Shown here: positions 10,085 to 22,325 of the stretch, in pieces | Layout: every line of letters begins with the position of its first letter | How positions within the stretch are numbered: the first letter of the stretch is position 1 | Source of the DNA: Candidatus Eiseniibacteriota bacterium | GTDB taxonomy: Bacteria; Eisenbacteria; RBG-16-71-46 | DNA: 64,000 bases | NCBI GenBank assembly: GCA_963717935.1 | Contig: CAVQXP010000004.1 | Span: forward strand, 1,120,001 to 1,184,000 | Reading direction: 5' to 3' | Notes under the pieces: model-generated | Database searches by the model: none | What the model saw: the letters and a program-made list of their open reading frames with translations, nothing else | What the model was told of the DNA's origin: nothing | Position numbers and translations under genes: made by a program

Positions 10085-11188
10085 TCAGCCCCGCAGCGCT
10101 TCCTCGTAGGCGTCGAGCGTGCCGCTCGCGGTGCGCTCGAAGGTGAACTCGCGCGCCCGGGCGAAGCCGTCGCGCACCAGTTCCTGCCGCCTCGCGGTAT
10201 CCGCGAGCAACGCCGTGATCGCGACGCTCCACGCCTGCGGATCGCCGGGCGGGAGCGAGGCGGCGGCCGCGCCCAGGGTCTCGGGCAGGGCGCCGGCGTC
10301 CGAGGCGAGCACGGGCGTGCCGCAGGCCATGGCCTCGAGGGGCGGCAGACCGAAGCCTTCGGCCAGCGAGGGCTGCACGTAGAGCGCGGCCCCGGAGTAG
10401 AGGCGGGCGAGGTCCCCCTCGTCGCGGAGCGGGCCCGCGAAGTGCACGGTGGCGGCCAGGTCCAGCCGGCCGGCGAGGCGGGCGAGGGGCTCGTCCGGGC
10501 TCCAGGCGGGCCCCGAGAGCACGAGCGGCGGGCGCGAGGCGATCGGGATGCGGGCCAGGGCCTCGAGCAGGACCGGGAGGTTCTTGTGGGGCTTGCGCGC
10601 GCCGACGTAGAGCAGGTAGCCGGCCGGAAGCGCACGGGCGGCGCGGAACGCTTCGACCTCGGCCGCGGGGACCGGGGCGAATCCGGGCGGGACCCCGAGC
10701 GGGACCACGCGCACCTTCGCCTCGGGCACGCGCAGCAGATCCACCACCTCGCGCCGGGCGTGGGACGAGTCCACCAGCACGAGCCGCGCGCGTCTTGCGG
10801 CCATCCCGGCCATGGCGCGCGCGTAGAGCGCGGCGCCCGGCGGGAAGAACTGCGGGAAGCGCACGTGGATGAGGTCGTGGATCGTGACCACCGCGGGCCC
10901 GCGCCAGCCGAGCGGCAGGGTGTAGTGAGGCTCGTGCAGCAGCTCGACGCCCGCGCGCCGCGCCGCGCGCGGCACGGCCAGGTGCTCGCCGAGCCCGTAC
11001 CTGGCGGCCCGCACGGGGACCTCGCGCACGCGCCCGCCCGCGCGGGCCATGCTGCCCCGGTCGGCGGGGTCCACGAGCGCGACGAACTCGTGGCCGCGGG
11101 GAGTCCGCGCCAGCGCGCCGAGCAGTCCGCGGATATAGGTGCCGATGCCGCCGTCCCGGAGCTTGCGCGCGTCGAGCCCGACGATCAT
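10085..11188 (-). CDS. Glycosyltransferase family 4
   Basis: MIVGLDARKL-GGIGTY, TIHDL, PHKNL, EGFGLPPLEAMACG. Confidence 0.9.
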   Translation of the reverse strand: MIVGLDARKLRDGGIGTYIRGLLGALARTPRGHEFVALVDPADRGSMARAGGRVREVPVRAARYGLGEHLAVPRAARRAGVELLHEPHYTLPLGWRGPAVVTIHDLIHVRFPQFFPPGAALYARAMAGMAARRARLVLVDSSHARREVVDLLRVPEAKVRVVPLGVPPGFAPVPAAEVEAFRAARALPAGYLLYVGARKPHKNLPVLLEALARIPIASRPPLVLSGPAWSPDEPLARLAGRLDLAATVHFAGPLRDEGDLARLYSGAALYVQPSLAEGFGLPPLEAMACGTPVLASDAGALPETLGAAAASLPPGDPQAWSVAITALLADTARRQELVRDGFARAREFTFERTASGTLDAYEEALRG

Positions 11189-11216
11189 CGTCTCATCCGC
11201 TCGCGCGCGGGCGCGG

Positions 11217-12188
<972 letters not shown>

Positions 12189-12251
12189 TTAGTCTCCGGG
12201 GAGCGTCGAGGGAAGTCAAGGAACGCAGGCGCGCGGCGCCCCCCCCGGGGC

Positions 12252-13049
12252 TCAGCTCTTCTTCAGCGTCGCGAAGTGCCGGCGGTACCAGGCCACGAAG
12301 CGGCCGAGCCCCGCGCGCTGCAGCCACTCGCGCGTCTCGAGGCGCGCCACGAGGAGCAGGAAGAACGCCTGCGAGCGGTGCCAGGCCGAAGAAGAGTGGC
12401 GCCGCCGGATGTCGCGGCTCTCTCGCTGCGTCCGCCAGGCCGAGCGCTCGGACTGCCCGCCGTAGGCCATGCGGGCGAGCGGCTGCGGGATCACGCGGAA
12501 GCGCGCGCCCGCGGCGTGGAGGCGCAGGAAGAACTCGTAGTCCATGGCGTTCGGGAACGCCACGTCGAACCCTCCGTGCCGCTCGAACGACTCGCGCCGC
12601 ACGAAGGTGGCCGGATGGTTGACGGTCATCTCGGCCGGCAGCCGCGCGGGGTCGCAGTGATAGACGACCTCGCCGGTGCGCTCGCGCTTGACGAGCCAGC
12701 CGCACAGCACGTCGGCGTCGCCGGCCGCGGCGTGCCGCGCCACGCTGGCCAACGCCCCGGGCAGGTACTCGTCGTCGGCGTGCAGGTGGGCGACCCACTC
12801 GCCGCCCGCCAGCCGTACGCCCTTGTTCATGGCGTCGGCGATGCCCCGGTCGGGCTCCGAGAGCGTGCGCACGCCCAGGGGCCTGAGCTCCTCCAGGTAC
12901 TCGGGCGTCCCGTCGCTCGAGGCGCCATCCACGATCCAGTACTCCAGCGCCGGATAGGCCTGGGACAGCACGCTGGCGACCGTGCGCCGCAGGGCCGGGA
13001 GCCGGTTCCGGCAGACGGTGATCACCGTGATGCGGGGCGGGGCGCTCAA
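12252..13049 (-). CDS. Glycosyltransferase family 2 (WcaE-like)
   Basis: ITVITVCRN, IVDGASSDGT, SEPDRGIADAMNKG, LHADD. Confidence 0.9.
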   Translation of the reverse strand: MSAPPRITVITVCRNRLPALRRTVASVLSQAYPALEYWIVDGASSDGTPEYLEELRPLGVRTLSEPDRGIADAMNKGVRLAGGEWVAHLHADDEYLPGALASVARHAAAGDADVLCGWLVKRERTGEVVYHCDPARLPAEMTVNHPATFVRRESFERHGGFDVAFPNAMDYEFFLRLHAAGARFRVIPQPLARMAYGGQSERSAWRTQRESRDIRRRHSSSAWHRSQAFFLLLVARLETREWLQRAGLGRFVAWYRRHFATLKKS

Positions 13050-14137
13050 TCCAGCTCTCCGTAGACGGCTTCGAGCCCGGCCGCGCAGGCGTCCCAGGAG
13101 AAGCGCGCGGCCTGCGCCCGGCGCGCCGCCACGCGAGGGGCCGTGCGCCCCTCGGCGAGGCAGCGGCGGATGCCTTCACGGATGCTCTCGGTGTTCTGCG
13201 GCTCGACGTAGAACGCATCCTTGCCGCCCACCTCGGGCAGGGCGGAGAGGTTCGAGGCCACGACCGGACAGCCGAGCCCGAAGGCCTCGAGCACCGGCAG
13301 GCCGAAGCCCTCCCAGAGCGACGTGTAGAGGAGCCCGGCGGCGTGCTCGTAGGCCCAGCGCAACTGGGAGTCCGGGCAACCGGTCTGGCGCACGCGCGCG
13401 GTCACGCCGAGCGCCGCCAGCCGCGCGACCTCGTCCGCACGGAACGGACCGCCGCCGATGCAGAGCAGCGACGTCCCGGCGGCCTCGCCGCACGCCGCCC
13501 AGGCTTCGAGGGTGCGCAGGAAGTTCTTGTAGCTGTGCCGCTCGCCGATCCAGAGCAGGAACGGACGATCGAGGCCCTTCAGCGCGACGGAGGGGACGGG
13601 GGCCCAGTCCCGCCCGGCGAGCAGGACCACGCGGGTCTTCTCCTGCGGGACCCCGAGCAGCTCCACGACGTCGCGGCGCGTCGCCTGCGAGATGCACACG
13701 ATGCGGTCGGCGCGCGCGCACAGCGCGGCCTTGTGGACGGCCGGGTCGCGGCGGCCCCACCAGCGCCGCCGCGCGATCGCGGGGAAGCGCTCGTGGGTCA
13801 TGTCGTACACGGTCAGCACCAGCGGCGCCGAGCGCGGCAGGCCGCGCGGGTCGCGGTAGTAGGTCGGGTGCAGGATGACGCCCCGGCGGCCGCCCAGGGC
13901 GGCGCGGTCGAGCAGCGCGTTCCAGGGCGCGGCGAGACGCGCGCCGCCGGGGAAGGCCGGCAGGCGCAGGGCGTGTCGCGCGCGCGCGCCCAGGGCGGCC
14001 AGCTCCGCGGACTGATGGAGGCCCGCCACGACCTCGGCCGGGCGCTTCAGGCGCCGGATCACCTCGGTGAAGTAGCGCGTGATGCCGCCGCGGTCCTGCA
14101 GGCGGAAGATGTCGCCCGTATAGAGCACGGCGCGCAT
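13046..14137 (-). CDS. Glycosyltransferase family 4
   Basis: QDRGGITRYF, HPTYY, TVYDMTHE, SLWEGFGLPVLEA; ATG at 14137. Confidence 0.9.
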   Translation of the reverse strand: MRAVLYTGDIFRLQDRGGITRYFTEVIRRLKRPAEVVAGLHQSAELAALGARARHALRLPAFPGGARLAAPWNALLDRAALGGRRGVILHPTYYRDPRGLPRSAPLVLTVYDMTHERFPAIARRRWWGRRDPAVHKAALCARADRIVCISQATRRDVVELLGVPQEKTRVVLLAGRDWAPVPSVALKGLDRPFLLWIGERHSYKNFLRTLEAWAACGEAAGTSLLCIGGGPFRADEVARLAALGVTARVRQTGCPDSQLRWAYEHAAGLLYTSLWEGFGLPVLEAFGLGCPVVASNLSALPEVGGKDAFYVEPQNTESIREGIRRCLAEGRTAPRVAARRAQAARFSWDACAAGLEAVYGELD

Positions 14138-14928
14138 CAGGCGCCCCCCGTGCGGCGCAGGCGCTCGGAGTCGGGCAGGGTGAGCGAAGGCCGGCGGTGG
14201 CGCACGAGCGGGAAGAGCAGCCGGCCGAGGCGCTCGGCGGCGTGCCAGCGCCAGGCGGGGAACGGGCGCTTCGCGAAGACCTGGTGGAAGGGGCCGACGA
14301 TCGCGTGAGGATAGCCGCAGTCGCGACCGAGCCGCTCGAGCGTGCGGCGCTCGTAGAACGCGACGTGCTGGCCGGTCTCGGGGGCGAGGTACCACCAGTC
14401 CGGCGAGGGCGGCGAGGTCGGCGGGACCTCCGTGCTGGTGACGAGGTAGTCGGCGCCGAAGGCCGCGAGCCGCTGGAATTCCTCGAGCGGCCGGACGAGG
14501 TGCTCGAGCACCTCGAAGGCGGTGCAGACGGCCGGGCGCCCGAGGTCCTCCCGCCATTCGAAGCCCTGCGCGAAGAGGTTCTGCGCGTGGGGGTCGAGCC
14601 AGTGGAACCGGAATCCCGCGTCGCGCATGAGGCGCGTGAACACGCCCCGGCCGCCGGCGTAGTCGAGGCACGGCTCGTCGTGCACGCCCGACAGATCGAG
14701 GAAAACGGCCGTCACCGCGCGCAGGTGGGCGTTGCGCGCGAGGAGCCCGGTGTCGGCGGGGTGGATGGCGTCGCGGTAGGCCTCCGCCAGCCAGTGCGGT
14801 TCGCCGGTCTGGGTGAGACCGCAGGCCTCGCAGTGATGGTAGCCGGTGCGGTGGCGGCCCAGCACGGTCTTCTCGAAGCACAGCGTGGTCGCGCCTCCGC
14901 AGAGCCGGCAGACCAGCGGCGCCGTCAT
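14137..14928 (-). CDS. Class I SAM-dependent methyltransferase with N-terminal Cys (zinc-ribbon-like) motifs
   Basis: CRLC...CEAC, LDYAGGRG SAM motif, AFEVLEHL, GQHVAFY. Confidence 0.85.
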   Translation of the reverse strand: MTAPLVCRLCGGATTLCFEKTVLGRHRTGYHHCEACGLTQTGEPHWLAEAYRDAIHPADTGLLARNAHLRAVTAVFLDLSGVHDEPCLDYAGGRGVFTRLMRDAGFRFHWLDPHAQNLFAQGFEWREDLGRPAVCTAFEVLEHLVRPLEEFQRLAAFGADYLVTSTEVPPTSPPSPDWWYLAPETGQHVAFYERRTLERLGRDCGYPHAIVGPFHQVFAKRPFPAWRWHAAERLGRLLFPLVRHRRPSLTLPDSERLRRTGGA

Positions 14929-16073
14929 CGGGCCCCCCCCGTCACGCCCAGCGTCCGTGCCAGCGCGGCGCGCACGGCCGCCGCGTAGTGCGCGGGAAGG
15001 TAGGCGCGGCGCATGAGAGCGAGGCTGCCCGCAGCCCGCTCCGCCAGCCGTTCGGGCGGCTGTTCGGCCAGCTCGCGGACCACCCGCCGCAGGGTCCCGG
15101 GACGGCAGTCGGGCAGCACCAGGACCTCGGGCTCGTCGAAGCCGCACTCGGCGCTCACGACGCAGGGCATGCCGTAGGAGAGCGCGGTGCTCACGCTCCC
15201 CGCCTGCCCCTCGGAGCACGAGGGCAGGATCATCGCGCCGCAGCCGGCCTGGAGCTCGCGGAATCCGGCCGACTTCACCGCCACCGCCCCCACGGCGCGG
15301 ATGCTGGCCGTGCCGGACAGCTCCCGCCGGTAGGCGCGGGCGAAATCGCGCTCCGCGCCGAACGGGCTGCACACCACCAGCTCGAGGTCCGGTTCCCCGG
15401 CGAACAGCTCGAGCAGCAGGTCGAGACCCTTGTGCACCTGCCCGTTGCCGCCCAGGAAGAGGAAGCGGCGCGGATCGCGCCGGGCCGCCTCGGTGGGCGT
15501 CACGTCGTCGTAGGCGTGATTCGGGAGCCGGTGACAGGGCGGCAGGCGGTAGCCCGCGTAGGTGGCGAGCGAGGCGTCGCTGCCGAAGTAGAAGAAGGCA
15601 TCGAACGATTCGAGCACGTGCCGCGGGAAGGGCGCGCACCGGCGCCGCGGCCGCAGCCTCACGCCGCGCCGCCGCTCCAGGTCGGCCAGCCGGGCCGTCT
15701 CGGCCGCGTTGCTGAACTCCGGATCGCTCCCGGTGATGTAGCAGATGCGCTTCGCGCCGGGCCGCAGGCGTTCCTCGTAGAGCGGATGCTCGACCGGGTG
15801 CAGGTCCACGACGAGGTCGTAGCCGTGCCGCAGGAGCCCCGCGCGGCGCTCGTCGAAATCCACGACGTCCACGTCGTAGCCCAGCTCCGCGATGGCGCGG
15901 GCGAGCTCGCGCTGCTGGGCGATGTTCTGGTGCGTGGCGGGCGCGGAGGGGACCCGGAACGCCCCGACGCCGTACATCAGCAGCGCGTGCCGCGGCGCGC
16001 CGGAACCCGCCACCCCGCGAGCGATCCCGGCGCCGAAGAGCCGGCGGCGCAGCTTCCAGAGCAGAGCGTTCAC
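14925..16073 (-). CDS. Glycosyltransferase (GT-B, family 4-like)
   Basis: FLFLGG..VHKGLDLLLE, LPSCSEGQAGSV; GTG start overlaps flippase stop. Confidence 0.82.
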   Translation of the reverse strand: MNALLWKLRRRLFGAGIARGVAGSGAPRHALLMYGVGAFRVPSAPATHQNIAQQRELARAIAELGYDVDVVDFDERRAGLLRHGYDLVVDLHPVEHPLYEERLRPGAKRICYITGSDPEFSNAAETARLADLERRRGVRLRPRRRCAPFPRHVLESFDAFFYFGSDASLATYAGYRLPPCHRLPNHAYDDVTPTEAARRDPRRFLFLGGNGQVHKGLDLLLELFAGEPDLELVVCSPFGAERDFARAYRRELSGTASIRAVGAVAVKSAGFRELQAGCGAMILPSCSEGQAGSVSTALSYGMPCVVSAECGFDEPEVLVLPDCRPGTLRRVVRELAEQPPERLAERAAGSLALMRRAYLPAHYAAAVRAALARTLGVTGGAR

Positions 16074-17401
16074 CGCGGCTCCGTGGGCAGCAGGGCGCGG
16101 CACTGCAGCCGGAACAGCGGCCGCGTGTGGGGCGTGACGGCGTTCATCAGCACGTAGGCTACGAGGAAGGCCAGCAGGGTCGCCAGCGCGGACCCGCGGG
16201 CTCCGAGCGGCGGGATCAGGACGGCGTTCAGGGCGATGTTGACGGCCGCCGCGACGAGGCTGCGCGCCATGAGTTCGCGCTGCCGGCCCTCGGCGATGAA
16301 CCAGTTGCTCTGGGCGACGCCCAGGAAGAGCGCCGGCGCGGCCCACAGATGGAGCGCCAGCACGGGCGCCGACGCGCGGAACGCCTCGCCGAAGAGCAGG
16401 CGCGTCACCGGACCGGCGAACAGCGAGAGCGGCAGCGCGAGCCCGACGGCCGTCCACAGGAGCAGGCGGAACAGCCGGCCGAGCCGCCGCATGTAGCGGG
16501 CCCGGTCCTCCGCGTGTAGCTGCAGCAGGCCCGGATTGGCCGCGGCCGAGAGCGCGACCGGGACGAAGTAGAGGATCTCCGAGAGCCGCTGCGCCGCGGC
16601 GTAGATCCCGTTCTCCGCCTCCCCGCGCATCAGGGTCAGCATCACCTGGTCGGTGCGCGCGGCGAAGATGATGGCCACGCTGTTCAGGACGAGCGGCCAG
16701 GCGTCGCCGAGCAGCCGCCGGGCGAGGTCGCCGCGGAAGCGCCAGCGCGCGGGAGGGGCGCCCTGCATGCGGAAGGCGATCATCAGACCGAGCGCCGCGA
16801 GCCAGCCCTCGAGGGCGATGGCGGCCGCCAGCAGCACGAGCGGGGCATGCATCAGCAGGCAGGCGACCTTGATGGCCGACGCGGTGACGAAGGCGGCACC
16901 GCGGGCGGCGATGAAGGGCGGGAAGCTGGAGCGGCTCTGGAACCACCAGGCGATGACGTCCATGGCCTGGAAGAAGGTCACGCTGGCGAAGAGCAACGTG
17001 AGGGCACGCACGCTCGCGTCCCCCGGGCGCGCGAACGTGGCCGCCGCGAGCGAGAGCAGCAGGGCGAGCCCGGACCCGGCGAGCCGCAGCCCCGCCGCGG
17101 TGCCCAGGATCGCCGGGGCTTCACCCGGACGGCGCACCAGGTCACGCACCACGATGGACTCGAGGCCCAGTTCGCCGGCTATGGCGGCCAGCCCCACGAG
17201 GCTCTGCGCGAACCCCAGCAGGCCCAGCCCGCTGGCCCCGAGGTAGCGGATGATCCAGACGTTGATGACGAGGCCCACGACCAGGCGGAAGACGCGGTCG
17301 CCGAGCTGCCAGCCGACGTTGACGCGGAACGCGAGCGCCTCGGGGCTCCCGCCCGCGAGGAGGGCGAGCCATTCGGACGGGCGCCAGCCGCCCTTCAGCA
17401 T
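16070..17401 (-). CDS. wzx: Second Wzx-type flippase
   Basis: RYLGASGLG, LGLESIVVRDLV, RTDQVML, GIYAAAQRLSE, LNAVLIPPLG; polytopic. Confidence 0.88.
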   Translation of the reverse strand: MLKGGWRPSEWLALLAGGSPEALAFRVNVGWQLGDRVFRLVVGLVINVWIIRYLGASGLGLLGFAQSLVGLAAIAGELGLESIVVRDLVRRPGEAPAILGTAAGLRLAGSGLALLLSLAAATFARPGDASVRALTLLFASVTFFQAMDVIAWWFQSRSSFPPFIAARGAAFVTASAIKVACLLMHAPLVLLAAAIALEGWLAALGLMIAFRMQGAPPARWRFRGDLARRLLGDAWPLVLNSVAIIFAARTDQVMLTLMRGEAENGIYAAAQRLSEILYFVPVALSAAANPGLLQLHAEDRARYMRRLGRLFRLLLWTAVGLALPLSLFAGPVTRLLFGEAFRASAPVLALHLWAAPALFLGVAQSNWFIAEGRQRELMARSLVAAAVNIALNAVLIPPLGARGSALATLLAFLVAYVLMNAVTPHTRPLFRLQCRALLPTEPR

Positions 17402-18569
17402 GACGCCTTCCAGGCGGCGTGGGCCCGCTCGAACGCCGCGCGGAAATTCCGGTCGAACTCCTCCGCGGCGAAGGGCAGCGCGAGCGCGCGCAACTCGGCC
17501 GGGTCGAAGCGCTCGCGCTCGAAGAGTTCGATGGCGGCGGCCAGCCCGTCGACCGTCTGGGTGCCGAAGAGCACGCCGCCCGGGCACGCGCGCCACGCCG
17601 CCCGCCGCCACCGCGCGCCAGCGCCTCGGGGCTCGCGCCGCGGCCCACGGTCTCGAGCGCGCCGCCGCGGCCGAAGGCGATCACCGGCGTGCCGCTCGCC
17701 AGGGCTTCGAGCGGGATGATGCCGAAGTCCTCCTCGCCGGGGAAGAGCAGCGCCCGCGCGCTCGGCGTAGACCTCGCCGATCTCGTCGTCGCCCACCCAG
17801 CCGCGGAACTCGGTCGCCGGCGGGGCGAGCCGCCGCAGCCGCGGCTCCTCCGGTCCGGCGCCCGCGACCAGGACGCGGTGGCCGAGCCGGGCGCAGGCCA
17901 GCAGCGCCAGGTCCGCGCGCTTGTAGGGGGCGAAGGCGCCGGCGAGCAGGTAGTGCTCCCGCGCGCCCGGTGCCGCGGGCGCGCTGCGCGACGGAAGCGC
18001 TCGACGTCCACCGGCGGATAGACCACCTCCGCTTCGCGGCCCCAGTGGCGGCGGATGCGCTCGGCCACGTGCGCGGAGTCGGCGAGCAGCGCGTCCGGGC
18101 GCCGGCTGGTCCTACGGTCCCAGTCGCGCAGCCGCTCGCAGGTGCGGCGCACGTACCAGGAGAGCGGCCAGGGGAAGCGACCGGGCGGGAAGTAGGCCCG
18201 CTCGAGATCCCAGACGTAGCGCATGGGCGTGAGACGTAGCTCAGGTGGAACGTGCCGGGCGCCGTGACGGCGCTCTTCGCCACGGCGTGGCTGGTCGAGA
18301 TCACGACGTCGAAGCCCGAGAGGTCGAACGACTCGATGGCGCGGGGGAAGAGCGGCAGGAACCAGCGGTAGCGCCGCTCCGGCGCCGGGCAGGCGCTGCA
18401 GGAACGAGGTGACGATGGGATGCGACTCGAGCGCCGGCGAGACCGAGCCGCGCTTCCAGACCAGCGTGTGGATGGGTGCCCCCGGGTGCAGGGCGGCGAT
18501 GCGCTCGAGCACGCGCTCGCCGCCGCGCATGCCGGTGAGCCAGTCGTGGACCAGCGCGATCCTCGTCAC
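17395..18569 (-). CDS. Glycosyltransferase family 4 (mannosyltransferase-like), broken by several frameshifts (probably sequence errors)
   Basis: MTRIALVHDWLTGMRGGERVLE, TPMRYVWD, PYKRADL, EEDFGIIPLEALASG found in alternating frames. Confidence 0.8.
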
Positions 18570-19828
18570 GATGCGGCCTCAGGCGCGGCGGCCCCGCCGG
18601 AGGCCGCCTCCGCTGCCGGGGCCCTGGCGTCCCAGTCCCGCGCGGCCCAGGCCATGCCCACCAGCGTGAAGAGCGGGTAGAGCAGCTCCTCGTCGCCGAA
18701 GTTCCACTCGAAGAGCCCGGCGACCAGGAAGCCGGCCAGCATCGCGACGACGCTGGCGCGCAGCCCCGCCGCGAGCCCGCCCGCCGCGATCATCCGCCGC
18801 AGCCCGCGCCCGGCGGCGACGAACAGCGAGCCGTAGAGCAGCACGAAGGCGGCGAGCCCCACGAGCCCCATGCTGGCGGCGATCTGGACCGGCACGCTGT
18901 GCAGGTGGCCGGCGCGCTCGGTCGCCTGCGGCGGCTTGTAGCGGTCGTAGACCGGCTTCATGTCCTGCGGGCCCACGCCGGTGAGCGGGTGGTCGCGGAA
19001 CATGGCCGAGCCCGCCCTGCCACATGTAGGTGCGCTCGAGGTTCGTGGGGTCGTGCGGGTCGAAGGCGCTCCATGCGCGCGCGCGGTAGGACGCGGGGGC
19101 GAGCGCGAGCGCGATCACCATCGCGGCGGCCAGCGCCGGGAGCCAGCGCGGGCGCGCCAGGCCGAGCAGGGTCGCCAGCGAGACGGCCAGCCCGATCCAG
19201 GCGCTGCGCGTGTAGGTGGCGGCGAGCGCGACGCCACCGGCGAGCGCCGCGCGCGAGCGCGCCCAGCGCGCCAGCGCGGGGCGCGCTCGAGGGCGAGCAC
19301 GCCCGCGGCCAGACTCACGAAGAGCAGGAGCTGGCCCCCGAAGGTCATGTAGTGGCCGACCGCGCCGTGCGCGCGGGCCGGCCAGGCGGCTCCCTTCGCC
19401 ACGTAGAGGGCGAGCCCGAAGAGCGCGGCCAGCGTGGCGGAGACGAGCAGGACGGCCAGCGCCCGCCGGCCGCGGTGGGGCAGGCGCGCGTGGGTCGCGG
19501 CCAGCGGCACGAGCAGGGGGAAGAACGCCTTCGAGAGCCGCGGGAGGCTCGCGGCCCGGTCGAGGGCGAACCACGCGGAGAGCGCGAGCGCGATGAGCCC
19601 ACGCGAGCGTGGGCCAGGCGACCGGCGTCGCGGGCCAGCGGGTGGCGTGCGCGCCCAGACGGCCAGGGTGAGCGCGGCGCAGATCCCCGCCGCGATGGAC
19701 ATGGGCGCGATGGACCAGGGCAGCGCGGCGACGAGGAGCAGGAAGCTCCAGCCGGCCACCCGGTCGAGCGCAGGCTCGACGCCGGAACGCGGGGCGGGTG
19801 TTTCGCGAACGGGGTGGTCCTTTGGCAT
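18566..19828 (-). CDS. O-antigen ligase/polymerase (Wzy_C family) membrane protein, frameshifted
   Basis: TM helices, TYTRSAWIG, ERTYMW, DHPLTGVG, HLHSVPVQIAASMG, in alternating frames. Confidence 0.78.
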
Positions 19829-20242
19829 GGAGTGCGGGTGCCTTGACGCGATCTGGCACGTCGGGCCTTCCCGCCGCTGCCGGAACTCGCGGACGCCGCA
19901 CGCTATCGGAGGGCGCAGAGGCTGTCCAGAAGGGCGAGGTCGCGGGCCGGGCCGCCGGGGGTGTGACGGTGGGAGTCGAGTGCCCTTTGGCGGCCGCGAC
20001 AGGGGTTTCGGAGCCGGGCGCAGAGTCCTTGACGTCTGGCCGGTTCCTTGGGGTATCATGCGATGACCTCGAGACCGTCGGCCATGCAGACGGTCGAATC
20101 GAGGGTCGCATCGGACGGCGCCTGTATCGCGTTGCGTCCGTGGTGGCTCGTCTTTGTGTGTCTGGGTTCGCCGACGTGTCAGGGACCTCGGCCAGCGCGA
20201 ACCCAGCATCGGCCGTGAAGCGGGTCCATGGAGGGAACGCTT

Positions 20243-21245
20243 GTGAGAATCCTCGTCACCGGAGGCGCCGGCTTCATCGGTTCTCATCTCTCCGAAGGGC
20301 TCCTTGGGCGCGGGCATGAAGTCTGGGCCCTGGACGACCTCTCCACCGGGCGCCTCGAGAACCTGCGAACGTTCGAGCGTCATCCCCGCTTCCGCTTCCT
20401 CGAAGGCAACGTCATGGACCAGTCGCTGGTGAACGGGCTGGTGGCCCAGAGCGACCGGGTCTACCACCTGGCCGCCGCGGTCGGCGTCAAGTACGTGCTC
20501 GAGAACCCGCTGCGCTCGCTCATCACCAACATCCGCGGCACCGAGGTGGTGCTGCAGGCCTGCGCCGAGCACGAGCGCCGGGTGGTGCTGTTCTCCAGCA
20601 GCGAGGTCTACGGCAAGGGCGTGACCGTGCCCTTCTCCGAGGACGACGACCGGCTCCTGGGCCCGACGCAGCAAGCTGCGCTGGTCCTATGCCGCGGGCA
20701 AGACGGTGGACGAGTGCCTGGCCCAGGCCTACTGGCAGCAGCAGCAGCTCCCCGTGACGGTGGTGCGCTGCTTCAACACCTGCGGGCCGCGCCAGTCGAG
20801 CGCCTACGGCATGGTGATCCCGAACATGATCCAGCGTGCGCTGCGGCACGAGCCCATCCTGGTCTTCGGCGACGGCCAGCCAGAGCCGCTGCTTCTCGGC
20901 GGTGAGCGACGTGGTGCGCGGCGTGATGATGCTGGCCGACTGCAGGGGCACCGAGGGCGAGGTCTACAACATCGGCACCGACGAGGAGGTCACGGTCCTC
21001 GAGCTGGCGCAGCGGATCAAGGCGTTGTGCCAGAGCGACTCGGTCATCGAGTTCGTGGCGTACGAGGACATCTACGGCAGCCTCGTTCGAGGACATGCGC
21101 CGCCGCGTGCCGAACCTCGCGAAGATCCGGCGCGCCGTGGGCTACGAGCCGCAGGTCACGCTCGACCAGCTCCTGGAGGTCACCATCCGGGACACCTGCG
21201 AGCAGATTCGGGCTGTCGGTGCCGACGGGCCTGGCTACGGTCTAG
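20243..21245 (+). CDS. NAD-dependent nucleotide-sugar epimerase/dehydratase, frameshifted
   Basis: VTGGAGFIGSHL, HLAAAVGV, SSSEVYGK, FNTCGPRQ, RRVPNL pieces in successive frames; GGAGG RBS. Confidence 0.82.
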
Positions 21246-21273
21246 CCCGCGAGCCAGGCCCCGGACGCCCCCG

Positions 21274-22290
21274 ATGCTCCTGGCCGCCGCGTTCGGCCTC
21301 GCGCTGCTGCTTGGCCTCGCCCTGACCCCGGCCGGCATCCGCCTGGCCTGGACGACCGGTTACCTCGACCACCCCGAGGCCCGCAAGCTCCACACGTCGG
21401 CCACCGCGCTGCTGGGTGGCGCGGCGGTCTTCGTGAGCGGGCTGGCGGCGTGGGGGGTGCTCCACCTGGTGAGGCGCGGCGACTCGGCCCACGAGGCGCT
21501 GTTCCTGCTCGCCGGGGCGTTCATCGTGTTCCTGCTCGGTCTCTGGGACGACCGCTTCGGCATGGGCCCGTTGCTGAAGCTCGCCGGACAGACCGCGGCG
21601 GCGGCGGCCCTGCTGGCCTCGGGGCGGCTGCCGGGACTGGGTCTGCCGGTGCCGCTCGAGGTGGTGCTCACGCTGATCGCCCTGGTGGCGCTGATGAACG
21701 CCGTGAACTTCCTCGACAACATGAACGGCATGGTCGGGGGGATCGCCGCGATCACGCTGGCCGCCTTCGGCTGCACCTCGGCCGCGCGTGGGGCGATGGG
21801 CCTCGCGACCGCCCAGTTCGCCTTCGCCGGGGCCTGTGCGGGGTTCCTGCCCTATAACTTCCCCCGGGCCCGCATCTTCCTGGGGGACGCGGGCAGCCTC
21901 CTGTTGGGGTATAGTCTCGGCGCTTCGGCGGTGCTGGCCTGCGCGGCGGCCCCGCCGGGGTGGGGCCGGTTGGGTCCGCTGCTGCTGCTGGCCTACCCGG
22001 CATTCGACATGATCTTCGTCGTGGTCAACCGTCTGCGCGAGGGCCGCAAGGTCTACGAGGGCGGCAAGGACCACAGCAACCACCGACTGGCGAGTGTGAT
22101 CCGATGTCCGACGAGAACCGTCCTCCTGATGTGGTGCAGTTCGGCCGCCCTCTGCGCAAGCGGGCTCGCGGTCCTGTGGCTCAACCGGCCAGCCCCAGCC
22201 CTGCTGTTGTCGGGCCTGTGGATGGCCCTGCTGTCGTGGAGCGGGTTGAGACTGTCGTCCATCCCCGTCCAGCCGACGTCGCCCCGCTGA
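21274..22290 (+). CDS. wecA: MraY/WecA family undecaprenyl-phosphate N-acetylhexosamine-1-phosphate transferase
   Basis: RKLH...LLGG, GLWDD, NAVNFLDNMNG, IFLGDAGS, DHSNHRL. Confidence 0.82.
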   Translation: MLLAAAFGLALLLGLALTPAGIRLAWTTGYLDHPEARKLHTSATALLGGAAVFVSGLAAWGVLHLVRRGDSAHEALFLLAGAFIVFLLGLWDDRFGMGPLLKLAGQTAAAAALLASGRLPGLGLPVPLEVVLTLIALVALMNAVNFLDNMNGMVGGIAAITLAAFGCTSAARGAMGLATAQFAFAGACAGFLPYNFPRARIFLGDAGSLLLGYSLGASAVLACAAAPPGWGRLGPLLLLAYPAFDMIFVVVNRLREGRKVYEGGKDHSNHRLASVIRCPTRTVLLMWCSSAALCASGLAVLWLNRPAPALLLSGLWMALLSWSGLRLSSIPVQPTSPR

Positions 22291-22325
22291 GCCCGCGGCC
22301 GGCGCCCGCGCCCCGCGCGGCGCGC

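Noticed and set aside
20029..20059. TTGACG...TATCAT promoter upstream of the epimerase
   Set aside because: 19-nt spacer in an error-prone region; plausible but not reliable
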